Below, piece after piece: positions 15,713-29,545 of a DNA stretch of 64,000 bases (the first letter of the stretch is position 1; the number at the start of each line of letters is the position of its first letter). The position numbers and the translations under genes were made by a program. The notes below the pieces were generated by a model. That model ran no database searches and had not been told where the DNA came from. It saw nothing but the letters and a program-made list of their open reading frames with translations. Source of the stretch: Takakia lepidozioides (lineage: Eukaryota > Plantae > Bryophyta); assembly GCA_030704615.1 (NCBI GenBank), contig CM060732.1, positions 4,836,001 through 4,900,000 of the forward strand, given 5' to 3'.

Positions 15713-17266
15713 AAAGGAAAATGGCCTTCTGGGGCTCCAAGCACCTTTCTATTACTGGGCATGTCTTTCTTTTTTTGCGGCCTCTCCCTCATTAGGGCAT
15801 GAATGGTCAAAACCAAATGTCGTGCCAGAGCCACAATCAGATCTTGCATGAGTACTACTAACTTTGTGGAATATACTTTATATGCATGGAGAGGATTTAA
15901 AAAAAAAAAATTCCATGCGAGGGGGGAATGACGCTTATACCTTGCGTGGTACTTTTTTCCCTTAGGTGTTGTATTATGTGTACTAATGGGTGGAAGATTT
16001 CACCTTCTGTGTCGTTCGCGGGCGGAGCGCCGCCCCCCTCCTCGTTCCCTCCACGATCGTTAGCCAGGATTTTAGCCATGACTATCTTCTAGGGTTCCGC
16101 AAGATTTCCCGACTCTCCTGTCTCTTCATGTATTCTTTTTTAGCCTTCCTGTCATTTTAGCCCTCTCTATTTTTAGCTATGCTCGCCGCTCTTCCCCTCA
16201 CGCTGCTGCGCAGCGCAAACATCATTCACAGGCTAGACATTGGTATACCATCTATGGCTTGTTCACGACGCTGTTGTTAAGTATCATTTTACAGGATTCC
16301 GTGAAAATTTTCATACCAAGGCACAACACGTCCCTCCTCAACACCTGCCACTCTGCTTCAAGATCGGAGTGCGGAGACACTCTCTCGGGCGCCCCCAACC
16401 ACTGGCTCTACTACTCTAATGCGGGCTCCATCTATACTGGCCCACCAAAGCTCTCCGCACACACGAGGTTCAGTACAAAGACACCGGCAGGGAAACAACG
16501 CTACAACAGGGACACTCACTGGTGGCCCCAGCCATGGCGCATAGCACCTCCGCCATGCCTCATTTGCACCCGCTACGGCATGAAGGTGGCGGCTACTCCC
16601 ACTTGTACAATCTATGGATACAGACATTAATCTTTACCCATGCAAGCATGCCCTCTGCGACAAGGTTGTTGCTCAGTCGTGATGACTGCTTTTTTATAAG
16701 GCCCAGACAGGACCTCCCCACACTACATACACCAACCAAGCTATAATGAAGAAGAAAGACGCTGTGGGCTATGCATCTTCTCATTTGCAGGCTCTACTCG
16801 GCGACAACATGTACATTATATGTCTGCTGGAACAGAAGATCAATCTCCTTTCCCAGAGAGTTGCTCTCCAGCTTCAAAGTCTACTTGCCAGGGACCAGAG
16901 GCGGCAGGTTGTCGACGTGCTCACTCTAGGTATTCATTGACTAAGAAAGCGTCTCATCATTCTTCTACGCGATACAATGTGTCACTCACTTAGTCGAACT
17001 TCTGCATTTGAACACAAAGCCAGGCCCCCGACCTTGGTCTGCTGAAGAAGCTCGACCCGACGATCTTGACGATTTCCAACCTGATTCAATGTACAAATTT
17101 CCACTGCTTACTGTTTGTGGAGGAGTGGAAGTGCACATCTCATCAGCTTCTTTCCTCAAGTGTCCATGGGCTTACTGCTGCCTACCCCCCCCCCCCCCCC
17201 CCGCACAAAGCGACGAGATGCTGCTGGTGTGTGCCCAACTCGGCAGTCTGGAAAATGCAACCTGAA

Positions 17267-17812
17267 AGGCCCCCTTTGCATCCTCGATGCACCCGCATTT
17301 TGACGTACATGTCCACCAGGTATTGTTCAGAGTGACAATTGGTACAATTTCAGCTCTGAAGATGTCACCATGGACCTCTTTTCCCTTTCCCAGATCTGCC
17401 AGGGCAGGGTGTTGAATGACATTTGGTACAACTACAGCAAAATCTTTAAGCATCGCATTCCACGATACCATATCTCGTTCAGCCATAGTGTCAAACACTC
17501 CCTTTGCATCCTCAATGCACCCGCATTTTGCATACATGTCCTGCCAGGGTATTGTTCAGAGTGACAGTTGGTACAATTCCAGCTCTGTAGATGTCGCCAT
17601 GGGCCTCATTGCCCTTGTCCAAATCTGCCAGGGTAGTGTGTAGAATGACATTTGGTACAACTGCAGCAGAATCTTCGAGCCTCGCATTCCACGACACCGT
17701 ATCTCGTTCAGCCATAGTGTCAAACATTCCCTTTGCATCCTCGATGCACCCACATTTTGCATACAAGTCCACCAGGGTATTGTTCAGAATGAAAGTTGGT
17801 ACAATTCCAGCG
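17267..17812 (-). pseudogene. PLS-class PPR fragments, tandem unit of about 231 bp, frameshifted
   Basis: [34 protein letters not shown] and similar repeats in ORFs 17172-17537 and 17512-17973. Confidence 0.9.
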
Positions 17813-18429
17813 TTCCTGGTATTTAGGGGTCGTTTATAAGTAGGGGAGCTCCTGGGATCAAGCAAGACGACAGTGAGGGGGGGTGTCACATCAGTGGGTG
17901 AAGGATGGGGGCTTAGAAAGAGAGAGAAGGACGAAGTAAACACTGATTGGTGGGAGGGGGTAGAGGGCTTCATGTGTATAAGTGGGTGCCGTGATGATAG
18001 AAATTCGAGCAGAGGCTACTTCTGCAGCTTCATCCCGGGCACTGGGCCTGTACCATGAACGTCGGGGGTGCAGAGCTTGCAGAGGACATCCTGGTCGCGG
18101 AGCCAGCCAGTCCCGAGAAACCAGCCAGATCGCATCTTCCGGGGTGGGGAACTAGCCCCACCAGATCCTGCCCTCCTCTTAAGCAGGCCTGGCATGGGAG
18201 CCAGATACGAACGCCGCCAGTGGTAACCACATGCGGGCGTAACTTCAATGAAATCACACCCTTCATACCAGAGCTGCATGCAATTACCCAGGCTAGAACT
18301 AAACGTGTGAATCTCCATAAAATGTAGGTTGGTGTCGTTCACTGCTGATACCTTGAAGAGAGGTCCCGCCGGGCAAGCCATCTTATAATAAGCCGGGAAG
18401 GGGTCTCTGCACTCCTCGTGTGCTGACCA

Positions 18430-18560
18430 GCTAACATTTGTGTTGAACACTTGGAGCGCATCCACGATGCTTCCGCATTTTACAGACATGTTGACAATGG
18501 TGTTGTGTAGAAAAACATTCAGCTTGAATCCACTTTGGATAATGTGAGCATGCACCTGCA
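18430..18560 (-). pseudogene. PPR fragment
   Basis: QVHAHIIQSGFKLNVFLHNTIVNMSVKCGSIVDALQVF. Confidence 0.8.
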
Positions 18561-18591
18561 TTCTTGCTGCCACTCTACACACTGCTTTCTT

Positions 18592-19726
18592 GCTGTCACT
18601 CTACACACTGCCCTGGCCGATCTGGGAAAGGGCAAAGAGGCCCATGGCGACATCTTCAGAGCTGAAATTGTGCCAACTGTCACTCTGAACAATACCCTAC
18701 TGGACATGTATACAAAATGTGGGTGCATCGAGGATGGCAAGGGAGTGTTTGACACTATGGCTGAACGTGATTTAGTGTCGTGGAATGCGATGCCTGCAAG
18801 TGGTGCTGTAGTTGTTCCAAATGTCACTCTACACACTGCCCTAGCAGATCTGGGAAAGGGCAAAGTGGTCCATGGCGACATCTTCAGAGCTGGAATTGTA
18901 CCAACTGTCACTCTGAACAATACCATGGTGGACATGTATGCAAAATGTGTGTGCATCGAGGAGGCAAAGGGAGTGTATGACACTATGGCTGAACGAGATA
19001 TGGTGTCATGGAATGCGATGCTTGCAGGTTCTGTTGTAGCTGTACCTAATATCATTCTGCACACTGCCCTGGCACATCTGGAAAAGGGCAAAGAGGCCCA
19101 AGGCGACATCTCCAGAGCTGGAACCGTACCAACTATCATCCTAAACAATATCCTGGTGGACATGTATGCAAAAGGCCCAAGGCGACATCTCCAGAGCTGG
19201 AACCGTACCAACTATCATCCTAAACAATATCCTGGTGGACATGTATGCAAAATGTTTTGATGTAGCTGTACCAAATGCCATTCTGCACACTGCCCCCGCA
19301 GATCTGGATAAGGGCAACGAGGTCCATGGCGACATCTTCAGAGCTGGAATTGTACCAGCTATCACTCTGAACAATACCCTGGTGGATATGTATGCAAAAT
19401 GTAGGTGCATCGAGGATGCAAAGGAAGTGTTTGACACTATGGTTGAACGAGACTTGGTGTCGTGGAATGCGCTGCCTGCGGCGTTGCTGTAGTTGTACCA
19501 AATGGCACTGTGCACATTGCCTTGGCAGATCTAGAAAAGGGCAAAGCGGTCCATGGCGACTTCTTCAGAGCTAGAATTGTATCAACTGTCATTCTGAACA
19601 ATGCCCTGGTGGACATGTCTGCAAAATGTGAGTGCATCGAGGATGCAAAGGGAGTGTTTGACACCCTGGCTAAACGAGATGGGGTGTCGTGGAATGCGAT
19701 GCTTGCAGGTTTTGATGGAGGCTTTG
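18592..19726 (+). pseudogene. Tandem array (about 4.5 copies) of a 77-codon deleted PLS-PPR unit
   Basis: Repeated [62 protein letters not shown], with frameshifts near 19170 and 19490. Confidence 0.9.
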
Positions 19727-19893
19727 CCCAGTGCCGCTCCTACCTACCCCACCACCTTGGCGTCCTCCCATAAACAACAAATGAATTTCCCACTACCCCA
19801 ACATCCTCCGACTTACAGGAAACCCTCTCACCTCATATCATCTCTGTGGTTGCTCACCCCATCAGGGACGCATGTCAAGTGCTTCAGGAAACA

Positions 19894-20028
19894 TGGGCAC
19901 GTCTGCCACCACTTAACTTTCTCGCGTGCTTTTCCACGTTGTACGTTTAAGCGAACTTTTGGGGCACGTCTGCCACCACTTAACTTTCTCGCGTGCTTTT
20001 CCACGTTGTACGTTTAAGCGAACTTTTG
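19894..20028. repeat. Tandem duplication of about 68 bp
   Basis: gggcacgtctgccaccacttaactttctcgcgtgctttccacgttgtacgtttaagcgaactttt occurs twice. Confidence 0.9.
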
Positions 20029-21619
20029 CAGTGTTTATATTCACGTGTACCTGTGGTGCTCCTCCCTGCCCAGTGTACGGTGCGAAAGAGCATCTGATAT
20101 TTAGACACTTATACTCAGTAACTTCGCCAACAACAGAACATCGAGGCGCAGGCAGCTGAACACTATCATGAACAAAATACCTCCGGAAGACAACCTAGAA
20201 TACGCATAGCAAGGCTCGGCGGAACTCAAGAAACGTCTTGGATGGCTAGGAAAATAGATTGTGCGGTGGCAGCCACACCCGATCGTCCGCCAATCAAAAC
20301 TCTTGCACTCACCTTACACTCTTCAAGCAGCACACCTAACCTCTCCCAAACATTGGGCTATCTCTTCACTGCCTACACACGACTATATGATCAATTCCAA
20401 CTACATCGCATGGCATACAATATAGTCTCACTCCGTACGCTACACATCAGCAGTGGGGACTCTGTTCCCAATGTTGCAAGGTCTCCATAGCTCACTGCCC
20501 CAAAAAAACTGAATGTCATTGACTCTAACGCGCAATAAATGTGCATTGGCTGAGCATACAATACTTATTGTGCATTCCACTCTCTAGTTCCACAGGTGTA
20601 CAGTTGTTATGTCCCACACAAACTCCCGCAAGACAGCAGCTGATCAGCACTACAAAAGAAGAACATCCATTGCACTCGTTGCATCACAGTCAGACTCTCC
20701 ACGGAAGTCAACTGCCACCCATGGTAACACAATTTACTTATCCAGGTACAAGACCTCTCAATTTATACCTGCTTGAGCTTAGTCTCAGCATAGGTCACCA
20801 ACTCGACTTATCTATTTCTCCCTTACTAGTGCTGCCTTATTGTACCCCGCTCTAGAATGTAGCCCCCCATATTTGCTCCGCACTGACTGTACACCAATCT
20901 AACCGTCATCTCTGTTTTACATGCTCTCTCCCAAACACGGACTATCAAACATCTCCGTCCTCCTCTCAGCAAGCAATGTGGGCAAAGTGGCCATCTCTCG
21001 TTCTATCAATTTCAAGCATGCACTACTCTCCTTAAACAATTTTACACAAATACTTTTATTCCATGATCTACTCCATGACTTTACTCCATGACTATCACAT
21101 TTACCATGACAATTACCATTATCACATCGTTACTCACCACATCGTATATACTTATCTCCCATTTTCTACTCACTTCATCTCACACAAATCATCATATCAC
21201 AGACTATGGGTCAAGAAAATAACACTATTTCTATACTCTTGCTACCTCATCCCCAAACTCCTATCTAGCGCACCTCATATCGTCAGGCACTCCCCCGCAC
21301 CCCTACGCTCCTTTGTGCTGCCCAAAGCCCCCTCCCTACATAACCCACCGCAGGCGCTATTACAATCCCACCCCGAACCTCAGGGATGCCTCGGCGTGAG
21401 CCTGGTCACGTGAGCGGGTGAGCGCAACTGCACTCACGCCACGTCACCTTGCGCCAATGCCACATCACGGGGCTCACTCCACGTCATCACACTTGAAGAC
21501 CGCGTCACCACGCGCCCAGGAAGAAGTGGAGTGTATTCCCGCGGATTGGCACCCTTTACCGCGGAAACAAGCTGGACGACATAATAAAAGGCAGTGGTCA
21601 TTCCCACCTGAAAGCAACA

Positions 21620-22005
21620 GATGAATAAAGGATGGATGAATGTACAGTTGGATGATAAACAGATAGATGAGTGTGAAAAATGAATGTAGATGGATGAATG
21701 AGGGATGGATAAGAGTCAAATGGATGAATGTATAATGGATGTTGAGCAATGAAAAACATTCATGACAGGAAGATGCATGACTAAAATGAATGGAGCACGC
21801 GAATACACTGTAGATGAATGGAAGCACAATGGATTATGACAATGAGTGAGGGACGGTTTGTGAGATGGATTCATAAATATGCAATTTAATGGATGTGAAT
21901 GGAGCACGCGAATACACTGTAGATGAATGGAAGCACAATGGATTATGACAATGAGTGAGGGACGGTTTGTGAGATGGATTCATAAATATGCAATTTAATG
22001 GATGG
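21620..22005. repeat. GGATGAAT-rich low-complexity tract with a tandem duplication of about 110 bp
   Basis: tgaatggagcacgcgaatacactg...tttaatggatg at about 21787 and 21896. Confidence 0.85.
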
Positions 22006-23299
22006 TAGTTGATTCTTTGATTTTTTTTCTTCCAAAGGAACAACTACGGTGGAGGAGGGGATTCAACGTTTTCCAAAGATGATGAAACAGAAGAATATTA
22101 AAAGGAACATAGTTCAGTCCTGACTCAAGAGTCAGTACAAGTATCCCCACTTCATCTGCATCTAAGTCTAAGTATTTAAGAACTCCACGATCTACGCTGG
22201 CTACACCTAGTCCGGCAGTAAAAAGTAAAAAGTAAAAATTCAGGGGATAGGAATCGGGCGCGTGAAGTGCCATTGCTTCGGCATAATCAGGAAGCAGAAA
22301 TTGGAAAGGGGGCTGTCGAAAACAGACTCGCCACAAATGATTGTATCACCTGAAGACCACCGCTGCCTTTCTTGAAAGACAGCCTGAAAAAGTTATTATT
22401 GAACTTTGACGTTATTGAGAAATGAGTATGACTCCCAAAGTGGGTTTAGCACTTACTCACATGAAAAGTCGTTGTCGACCTGCTTATCTTCGGGATCGTC
22501 ATCATTTCGAATTTGAATCCGATCAGTCTGTGCCTGAAGTGGAGCCAGACAAAGGGGGAGGAGCACTGTGTGTAGAGGTCAGAATCACCCTCCATGCCAA
22601 AAAGGCTTCTTCGTCTGCCTTGCATTGCATGGTAAGTTGCTCCTGGCACCAGACAGGAGGATGAACAGCTACCATGAATCCGGAAAATTAGGGGAGCATT
22701 GGTCAAACATTGCTGACCATGATGACAAGGATGGTTTTTGACTAGTGTGATATGTTTGACTAGACGTGGACGACGTTTCATGGAATCTTGTGACTCATGA
22801 CTGAAGATGGTTTAAAGCTCTATTTATACGACTACATCCACGTGTCATTTGAAAGCACATACATGAATGTATTCATCCATTGGATGAGTTTATCCATCGA
22901 TGACATGGCATGTAAAACTTATGAGTCCCTTACTGCAAATTGTTTCATAACTCTATATATATGGACTACATCACTAACATGTCATTTAAAAGACATATAC
23001 ATTAATGAATTCATTCAATGGTGGGTTCATCATCCGCCTATACGGTTTGTGTCGATTTGATATATGTTCAATAAATTGGACCTGGATGGACGTGGCTTAA
23101 CAAGGATCGCAAAGATATATGAGATTAAAATACGTGGTTGTACAAGGTTACATCATGGTGATGGAAAATTATTTTGAATCGTTAGATTTTACAGGATCTA
23201 ACGGTCTAGATTGTTTAAGATCTAACGGTTTAAGATTACACCGCCGAACTTTACACCGGGCTGGGACTTAGGCTTTTTTGTCTCCTGCGTTTCACCATC

Positions 23300-23368
23300 T
23301 ATTTGATGTTGTGTCATGGAACGCGATGATCGTAGGATATGCAGGGGCGTGGGATGGAGGCTTTGCAG
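23300..23368 (+). pseudogene. Short PPR fragment
   Basis: FDVVSWNAMIVGYA followed by gatggaggctttgc, a tail shared with the PPR array end at about 19714. Confidence 0.6.
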
Positions 23369-25997
23369 AACTTCCTACTCTTGAGCAAATGATGCAGGAA
23401 GGAGAAGAGGAGGAGGAGAGGAGACGAGGAGAAGATCCCAACATTCTTGTGAGCTCGCCGTTTTTGGGAGAGTGGTGGAGACGCTCGCCGTTCTTGGAGA
23501 GTCAGCTTGGTCTTAGCAGGCCGTGTTTCAATCTCTGCCTGCTCAGCTGCACCGTGGTGGTTCGATCTCACATACCAATCCAACATTACCTGACTACAGA
23601 TACAAGCAGCACAACAAGGGGTCCTTTTGGGCTGATGGTCGGTCAAATCCTCTATGGGTCATGATACAAGGGTAAAGGACAAGTGTGGGAGGATACCTTC
23701 TTCTTTGACCTATTTCAGCCTGTTTTGCTCTATTTGGCAGCATGAAAGTATCCAAAAACAGGTAATAGAGATGAAGAGAAGCTTTGGAATGAACACTTTT
23801 CCGACCCCACTCAATGGCGAGACAATGGAGACAAAAAGGTGAATGCATGTTGGACTACACTAGAGAGAAGTAGATGCAATTTAGAATTAGAACTACTGTA
23901 ATAATTAGGGTTGGGGTTTGTTGGAAGAACTTCACGCCGTCAGTGTCAGCTGCTAGCAGCAAGTATTCATGATTTGTACACAGACAGGGGTAGCTAAAGG
24001 ACCAGGGATAGAGGTCCAGGTTCATCCAGAGGGTTTTTAAGGTTTCATCCATACTTAATGAAATTTCTGTTATAACATAACTGGATGATTACAGGCAGAT
24101 ATGCATTTCAATGCATTTTAGGTTTATGCTCCTTTGATTTAAACCTATTGAATGCCCATTTTTCATCCTGGTCTGATACCATCCATACTGGATGGTGGAT
24201 GAAATCGCGGGTGGTTTTCCTTTAAGTGTCTCTCTGCCCTAGACACAGCACGATATCGTGCGTGTTTTTTTCTCTGGAAGAGGGCGATGGCGGACGAATG
24301 CTCGATGGCGGCTGAATGCCCGAGCAGCAAGATCTGAACGGGTGTGTTCTTGTTTTTTGAACGCACGATGACGGCAGACACTTTCATCTCCCGTGATGGC
24401 AAATGACATACTGTTATGTTTGCCTACGTTTTTTCCTCATTGATGAAGCAACGGCGGTTATGGAGGTAGGGAAGCGGCCTGTATTACAAAGATACAACCT
24501 GTCCTCGACTCTCCTCCCGTTGCATTCTGTTGTGCTCGTTCAAATTCAGATGATGAACACTGCAGCGTCCTACTCCACAAAAGATTGAGGTTCTTTGTGG
24601 TGTCACATCTATGCTTTCTTCTGCTGGTTCTGTGATCTTTGCATGCTTTATGGCTCATACCTGACATGGATAGCAACTGTGAAATCCTGTAATTCACCTC
24701 GCGCATCCTCACTAACGCACAAAACATTTTTTTGTGTTGTTTTTGGGACGGACGCAGGTGAGGGATTTCACTTGGCATGAACTCTTTGGCTTGCAGATGA
24801 TCTGGTTACTACATGAGGGATAAGATATGCTGCAAGCTGCCGTTGTTGCAATTTCTGCTTCAAAGCTGCTTCAAGGGGGATATGCCTTAAACCTTTACTT
24901 GATTTCTGGTTCTTGGTAACCAAATCTGTTAAGTCAGGGAAGTAAATGGGCTGGGCCTCCTAGAAATCAGACCTTATTGTGAATGTTCGGGCTGGTTGTG
25001 ATGACAAGGGTTTGGTGATGCAAGTGTGACATTGGATGCATTTTTCCAGACCTGTTTCTGGCCTTTTGGAGAGTCAGACAGTGCTGTTTATGCCTCACCA
25101 GTTTAGAATGTATTAAGTAAGGCATTGGGTAAGCCTTTTTAAGAACACATACATTCTTTCAGGCTCCCCCCATGGAGATTATAACCTGATTACAGACTGG
25201 TATTTTTGAGGATCTCTCTAAAACTTGGCAGAGTGACTGGATAAGGCCCTGGGATACATACCATAGCCCTGCATCTACTTATGGAAGTACAATCAGTTCA
25301 GCTTGTGCTTTTAGGAACATACAAGTCCTTTAAAGCTGTAATAGGGAATTGTTTTCATCAAAGCTCTCACTCTTAGGCCTGCTGGTTTTCTCAAAGACCA
25401 TAGAGCTTACAACATACTTGTTTAAGCTATTTGAACCCAAGAATTATCAAGCCAGTATTTTAAAGGGCTTTTTTGATTACGAACTGTATTCTTAAGCTCC
25501 CCCAGAGATTGGGAATGTGACATGGTAATGACTCTCTCTCTCTCTCTCTCCTCCTCTGATACATGATACATATATACATGATTTGTGCAGAGGCATGGAT
25601 AGCTGAAGGAGCAGGGATAGAGTGCATGGGTCCAGATTCATCCAAGAGGGCCGGATTTCAATCTCCAGATTACATATGATTCCCTGTGGAAGGATAGCTA
25701 CAAGAAACCTGCATGGATAGATGATCAATTGGTTGGTCTTGAGCTGAAGAGCACGACCCCTGCAGGGATGTGTCTCCATCTGTAGATCTTTTAGGAAGTG
25801 GAAGACTAGGCCTAGGGCCTAGCTTTCTTATGACATTGTTAGCTGATTTTCAGTTCTTCTCCTTAGCTCGGTGCCTTTCTGTTCCAAGTTATGGCAGTAG
25901 TTTCTGGCTGCAGTCTCTTTTCCTGCTAGGTCTATGCAGACCCCCTTCTTTGCTTGCCTTCCTTCTTACTACTCTTTCTTGTCTTGGTACGCGAAGC

Positions 25998-26240
25998 TGT
26001 GTCGACCATCACTTCTGTCAGTGCCGCTTTTATTTTTATTTTTATTTTTTTTGGCTTTTGATACTCGGCATTTGGGTGGATGTGATGGTCGGCACCGACA
26101 ATCACTTCTGTCGGTGCCACCGATCATCACTTTTCGATTTTATTTATTTATTTATAAATCAATTTAAGGTGACTTTTGACATTTGGTATTGGGGTGGATG
26201 CGATGGTCGGTGCCGACCATCACTTCTATCGGTGCCGCCC
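25998..26240 (-). repeat. Reverse-complement copy of the 14475-15215 repeat array (about 2.5 units)
   Basis: ggcatttgggtggatgtgatggtcggcaccgacaatcacttctgtcggtgcc units with T-rich spacers. Confidence 0.9.
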
Positions 26241-28024
26241 GATTTTGTTGTATGCCCAGGAACGCCACTTGTTTTCTAAGATTCCACATCTTTGAAGGTA
26301 TGAGAGATTCGCCTCCTCTAAGATGAAATTGAACACCCCACCTGGCTCGGATTCCGATTCGCATATGGCATACCGTGATCCTTCTCGAAACCTCGTGTTC
26401 CCCTGCATAACAGATCGATGTCCGGAACCTCCATTCTGGAAGAACCTCCGACGCGACGGCAGGCTCCAGCATCAAACAGTGCCACTGAAATGATACATGA
26501 GAGAAACTACCCCCTTGATATGCTGGAGTCCACATGCCCCGACCACGTTTGACACATAGAACGCACAAGTGCAGGGTCTCGTGTGAAATGTACAAGCGAT
26601 CAGGGCAACTTTTTGAAAAGTGCACTTCATCTATATCCAGAGGTGGTGCCCGGACTCCTACTCCGACTTTCACGGGTGTGATGTGTCTATACGGCCAACC
26701 AGAAGCCAAAAACCACAAGTTCTGGTTCTGTGTAGACAATTGTAGTAGATGTGTGCATGGAACTGTGCGTCCTTCCGTGGTAATGAAGCCAGCTTCTCCA
26801 ACCGTTTGGCCCGTCAAGGTGGGAATACATCTCACGAGTCAGGAGATTGCAATGCTGGAGGAGGCAGACTTTTCCCTTGCGAGATAACCCCAACTGCATG
26901 CATGTGCTTCTAATTCTGCATCCTCTCGGGTCCCTCCGGCAAATCCTCACTTGTGGCCAACCAAACGAGATGGAAAGCTGGTTCGGCATTTCCCTCCAAC
27001 CGCTGAACACTTCGGCAAAGTGGAGTCCGTAAGAATGCTCCCAAGCTCGTGTTTGCAAGCACCACGGAAGTGCCCGATCCAGGATATGGTCGGGTGTACA
27101 CAATGATCACTTCGACATCTGCTGTTCATGACAGAGCCTACGACATCACGGTTCCAATTTTCCCAATTGCACATGTCCTGATTTTGTGAATATGCTATCA
27201 ACCAGTTTGGGCAAGAAAGGTAAATTCATACCCAGCAAACATTTGTATTTCATATTTTTGAAGATGATGGTTTGCGATCCTAAACGTGACAACTTCGTTC
27301 ACCAGGCCACTCTGAGTTTCAACGAGGTCGATACTCTATTGCAGCGGGATACAACACATAGGTAGCATCTGCTATGCAATGTGGTATGTGGACGACTATG
27401 TTATGAAATGTGCTTTGCAAACATTGTCATGGAAATTCAATTCAAATCAATTCGTTTGCAACATCGTCGGCGGTGCAATGATATGACGTTCCTTATCCCT
27501 CCATTTGCTTCCAACTATACTGAGTGAGCTCTGAGTGACAACTTTAAAAGCACATGCATCATGCACTTTTCGAAGTCTACATGTTTTCCTGTCGCTATGC
27601 ACTGCAATCATCTTTTGAAGATGATCCTAACTCTCATTGTTATTTGGGGAGGGAGCAAGGTCTTCCCATGGCAGCCTCTATGGCGCATACTTTGTGAGGA
27701 TATTTTCTCGTCCTTGTAAATGAAACAAACATTTGTAATTGCACAATGTTGGATGCTACAATTGTAGGCCCCATGGTATTCTTCATTGTATTCAGCCAAG
27801 GATTCCCTGCATTAATCCCACGGTCATAGGACCATCCTCGGTTATAGGCGGCGCATGTTCATGCTGACGTGGCAGATAACGGCGCAGTGCCACATCAGCA
27901 TTGTCGCCATTCAGCCTGCTGAAATCATGCTCACGCCACGTCACTCCTGTGTGAACGTACATTCGCGCATTCACGCGCAAGGCTTACGCCATTGCGTCGT
28001 TGTTGTTTTGGAGCCTACCGAGAG

Positions 28025-29545
28025 CTTCTTCTAGCTCCATATCAGAGAGATCTCCTTCCAGAGAAGCTGCATTCAGGGCGTGAGCATCCTAGGGGTATCC
28101 TCTAAACAAGCCTTTTGAGCAGGGGATGGTTGAAGGCCAGTTTGATCACTGTGAAAAATGTGCCTGAAATGGTTTGACGCCATCTTCGCCATAGATTTTG
28201 GAGTATCGACCAGCATCCCCGAGGTGTGGTCTATTAGCTCCATAATGGATTGTGAGGCTCTTCTAAGTTTGGCATTGTCAAAGAAGTACTTTGACATTTT
28301 CTCACATTTAGAAGACCAATTGGGTGATTGCAGCCTACAGTGTCCATTTTTTGCTGTCACAGCACTGTTTTTTCCAAACATAGAATAATGGTAAATTATC
28401 ATACTCCTACATGACAATGCCATCAATAAAAATGGACTAATATATAGAGGCTCATCTACATATACTTTCACACTTTTAAATCTCATTATCAAAAACCAGA
28501 ATCTCTAGATGCTATGGACTTTTAAAAAGTCCATAAGGAATTGTCAGAGTCCATAAAAAAAGACATTATGGACTTTTTTAATACAGGAGTTAGAACAAAG
28601 TCAAGAAAATGGACTCTCTCAACCTTGCTTTGGAGAATGAGGAATCTGGAATGAAAACTGTCATTCAAAAATATGAAGTTAAAAAAAAGTTATGTACTAT
28701 ATTGAGCCTAAAAAATGGCTATTTCCATAAAGTCCTTTATGACTAAATTCTTTAGAAATAACATTTTTTTTTCATTAGACGCATTCATTCACCATAAATG
28801 CAGAGTTGATTATGATCAAATTTCAAAAAAAAAATTGTGAATTGATGTTATCTCAATTTGAAAATCTTGGTTTTTACAGTCAATAATAGACGGTCAAGAT
28901 TGTCAGTTGAAGCAAATCCGATGTTTGAGGATTCGCCACATCCTCCTTTATGTATTTTATGTACTCATGATCTGCCGTTTTTGGTCTACTCTAGTTTGCA
29001 ATCACCCAATTTATCCCAGCCTGAAGCTTCCATTTTCGTTCCTGAGTTTTGAAATGGATATCTAAGTTGTTTCTTGCCTCCATGTAAGTGCTGAAGGTGA
29101 ATTCATCGCAACGGTTGGATTCAACTCTGGCTTGGCAGACTTTGAGACATTTTGTCAAGGCTGCAATTTTTTTTTTACGGATCAACGCTGAGGCCTGGCT
29201 CATCTTTTGGCTTTCGATGTTAACTGCTTTCAGTTTTGCCATAAATCTGTCCGTGGGATTTTGATCGATTGTTCCTGCTGTGGACCAGGCCTGGACCAGA
29301 CCAAGTTTGAAGGATGGAACCATGAGCAGGAGGTTATTTATTTTGAATAGCCCTCTGCCTCTGAGTTTTGACTCCTGAATGGAAATAAGGACTGCTATGG
29401 GTGCATGGTCAAATCCCAGCAGGATAGGATTTTGGGGAAGCCTTTTTGAACATTGTACTATACCGAGAGAGACATAGGCTCCGTCCAAGCGAGCCATACT
29501 AAGGTCAGCTAGGGATCGGTTAGTCCACACGTACCATCTCACAGG
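28025..29545 (-). mobile_element. L1-clade LINE ORF2 remnant (end of the APE domain plus linker), split by an AT-rich insertion at about 28335-28990
   Basis: YVWTNRS..ARLDGAYV..FDHAPI..LFKINNLLL (28991-29542) and SKYFF..IMELID..NHFRHIF (about 28070-28300). Confidence 0.75.

Noticed and set aside
16250-16960. Possible non-LTR RT remnant; similar suspicion for 20100-21380 and 51300-51650
   Set aside because: Composition is suggestive, but no diagnostic motif could be read with confidence.
23650-25780. Possible spliced gene
   Set aside because: No consistent exon chain or recognisable protein could be assembled.
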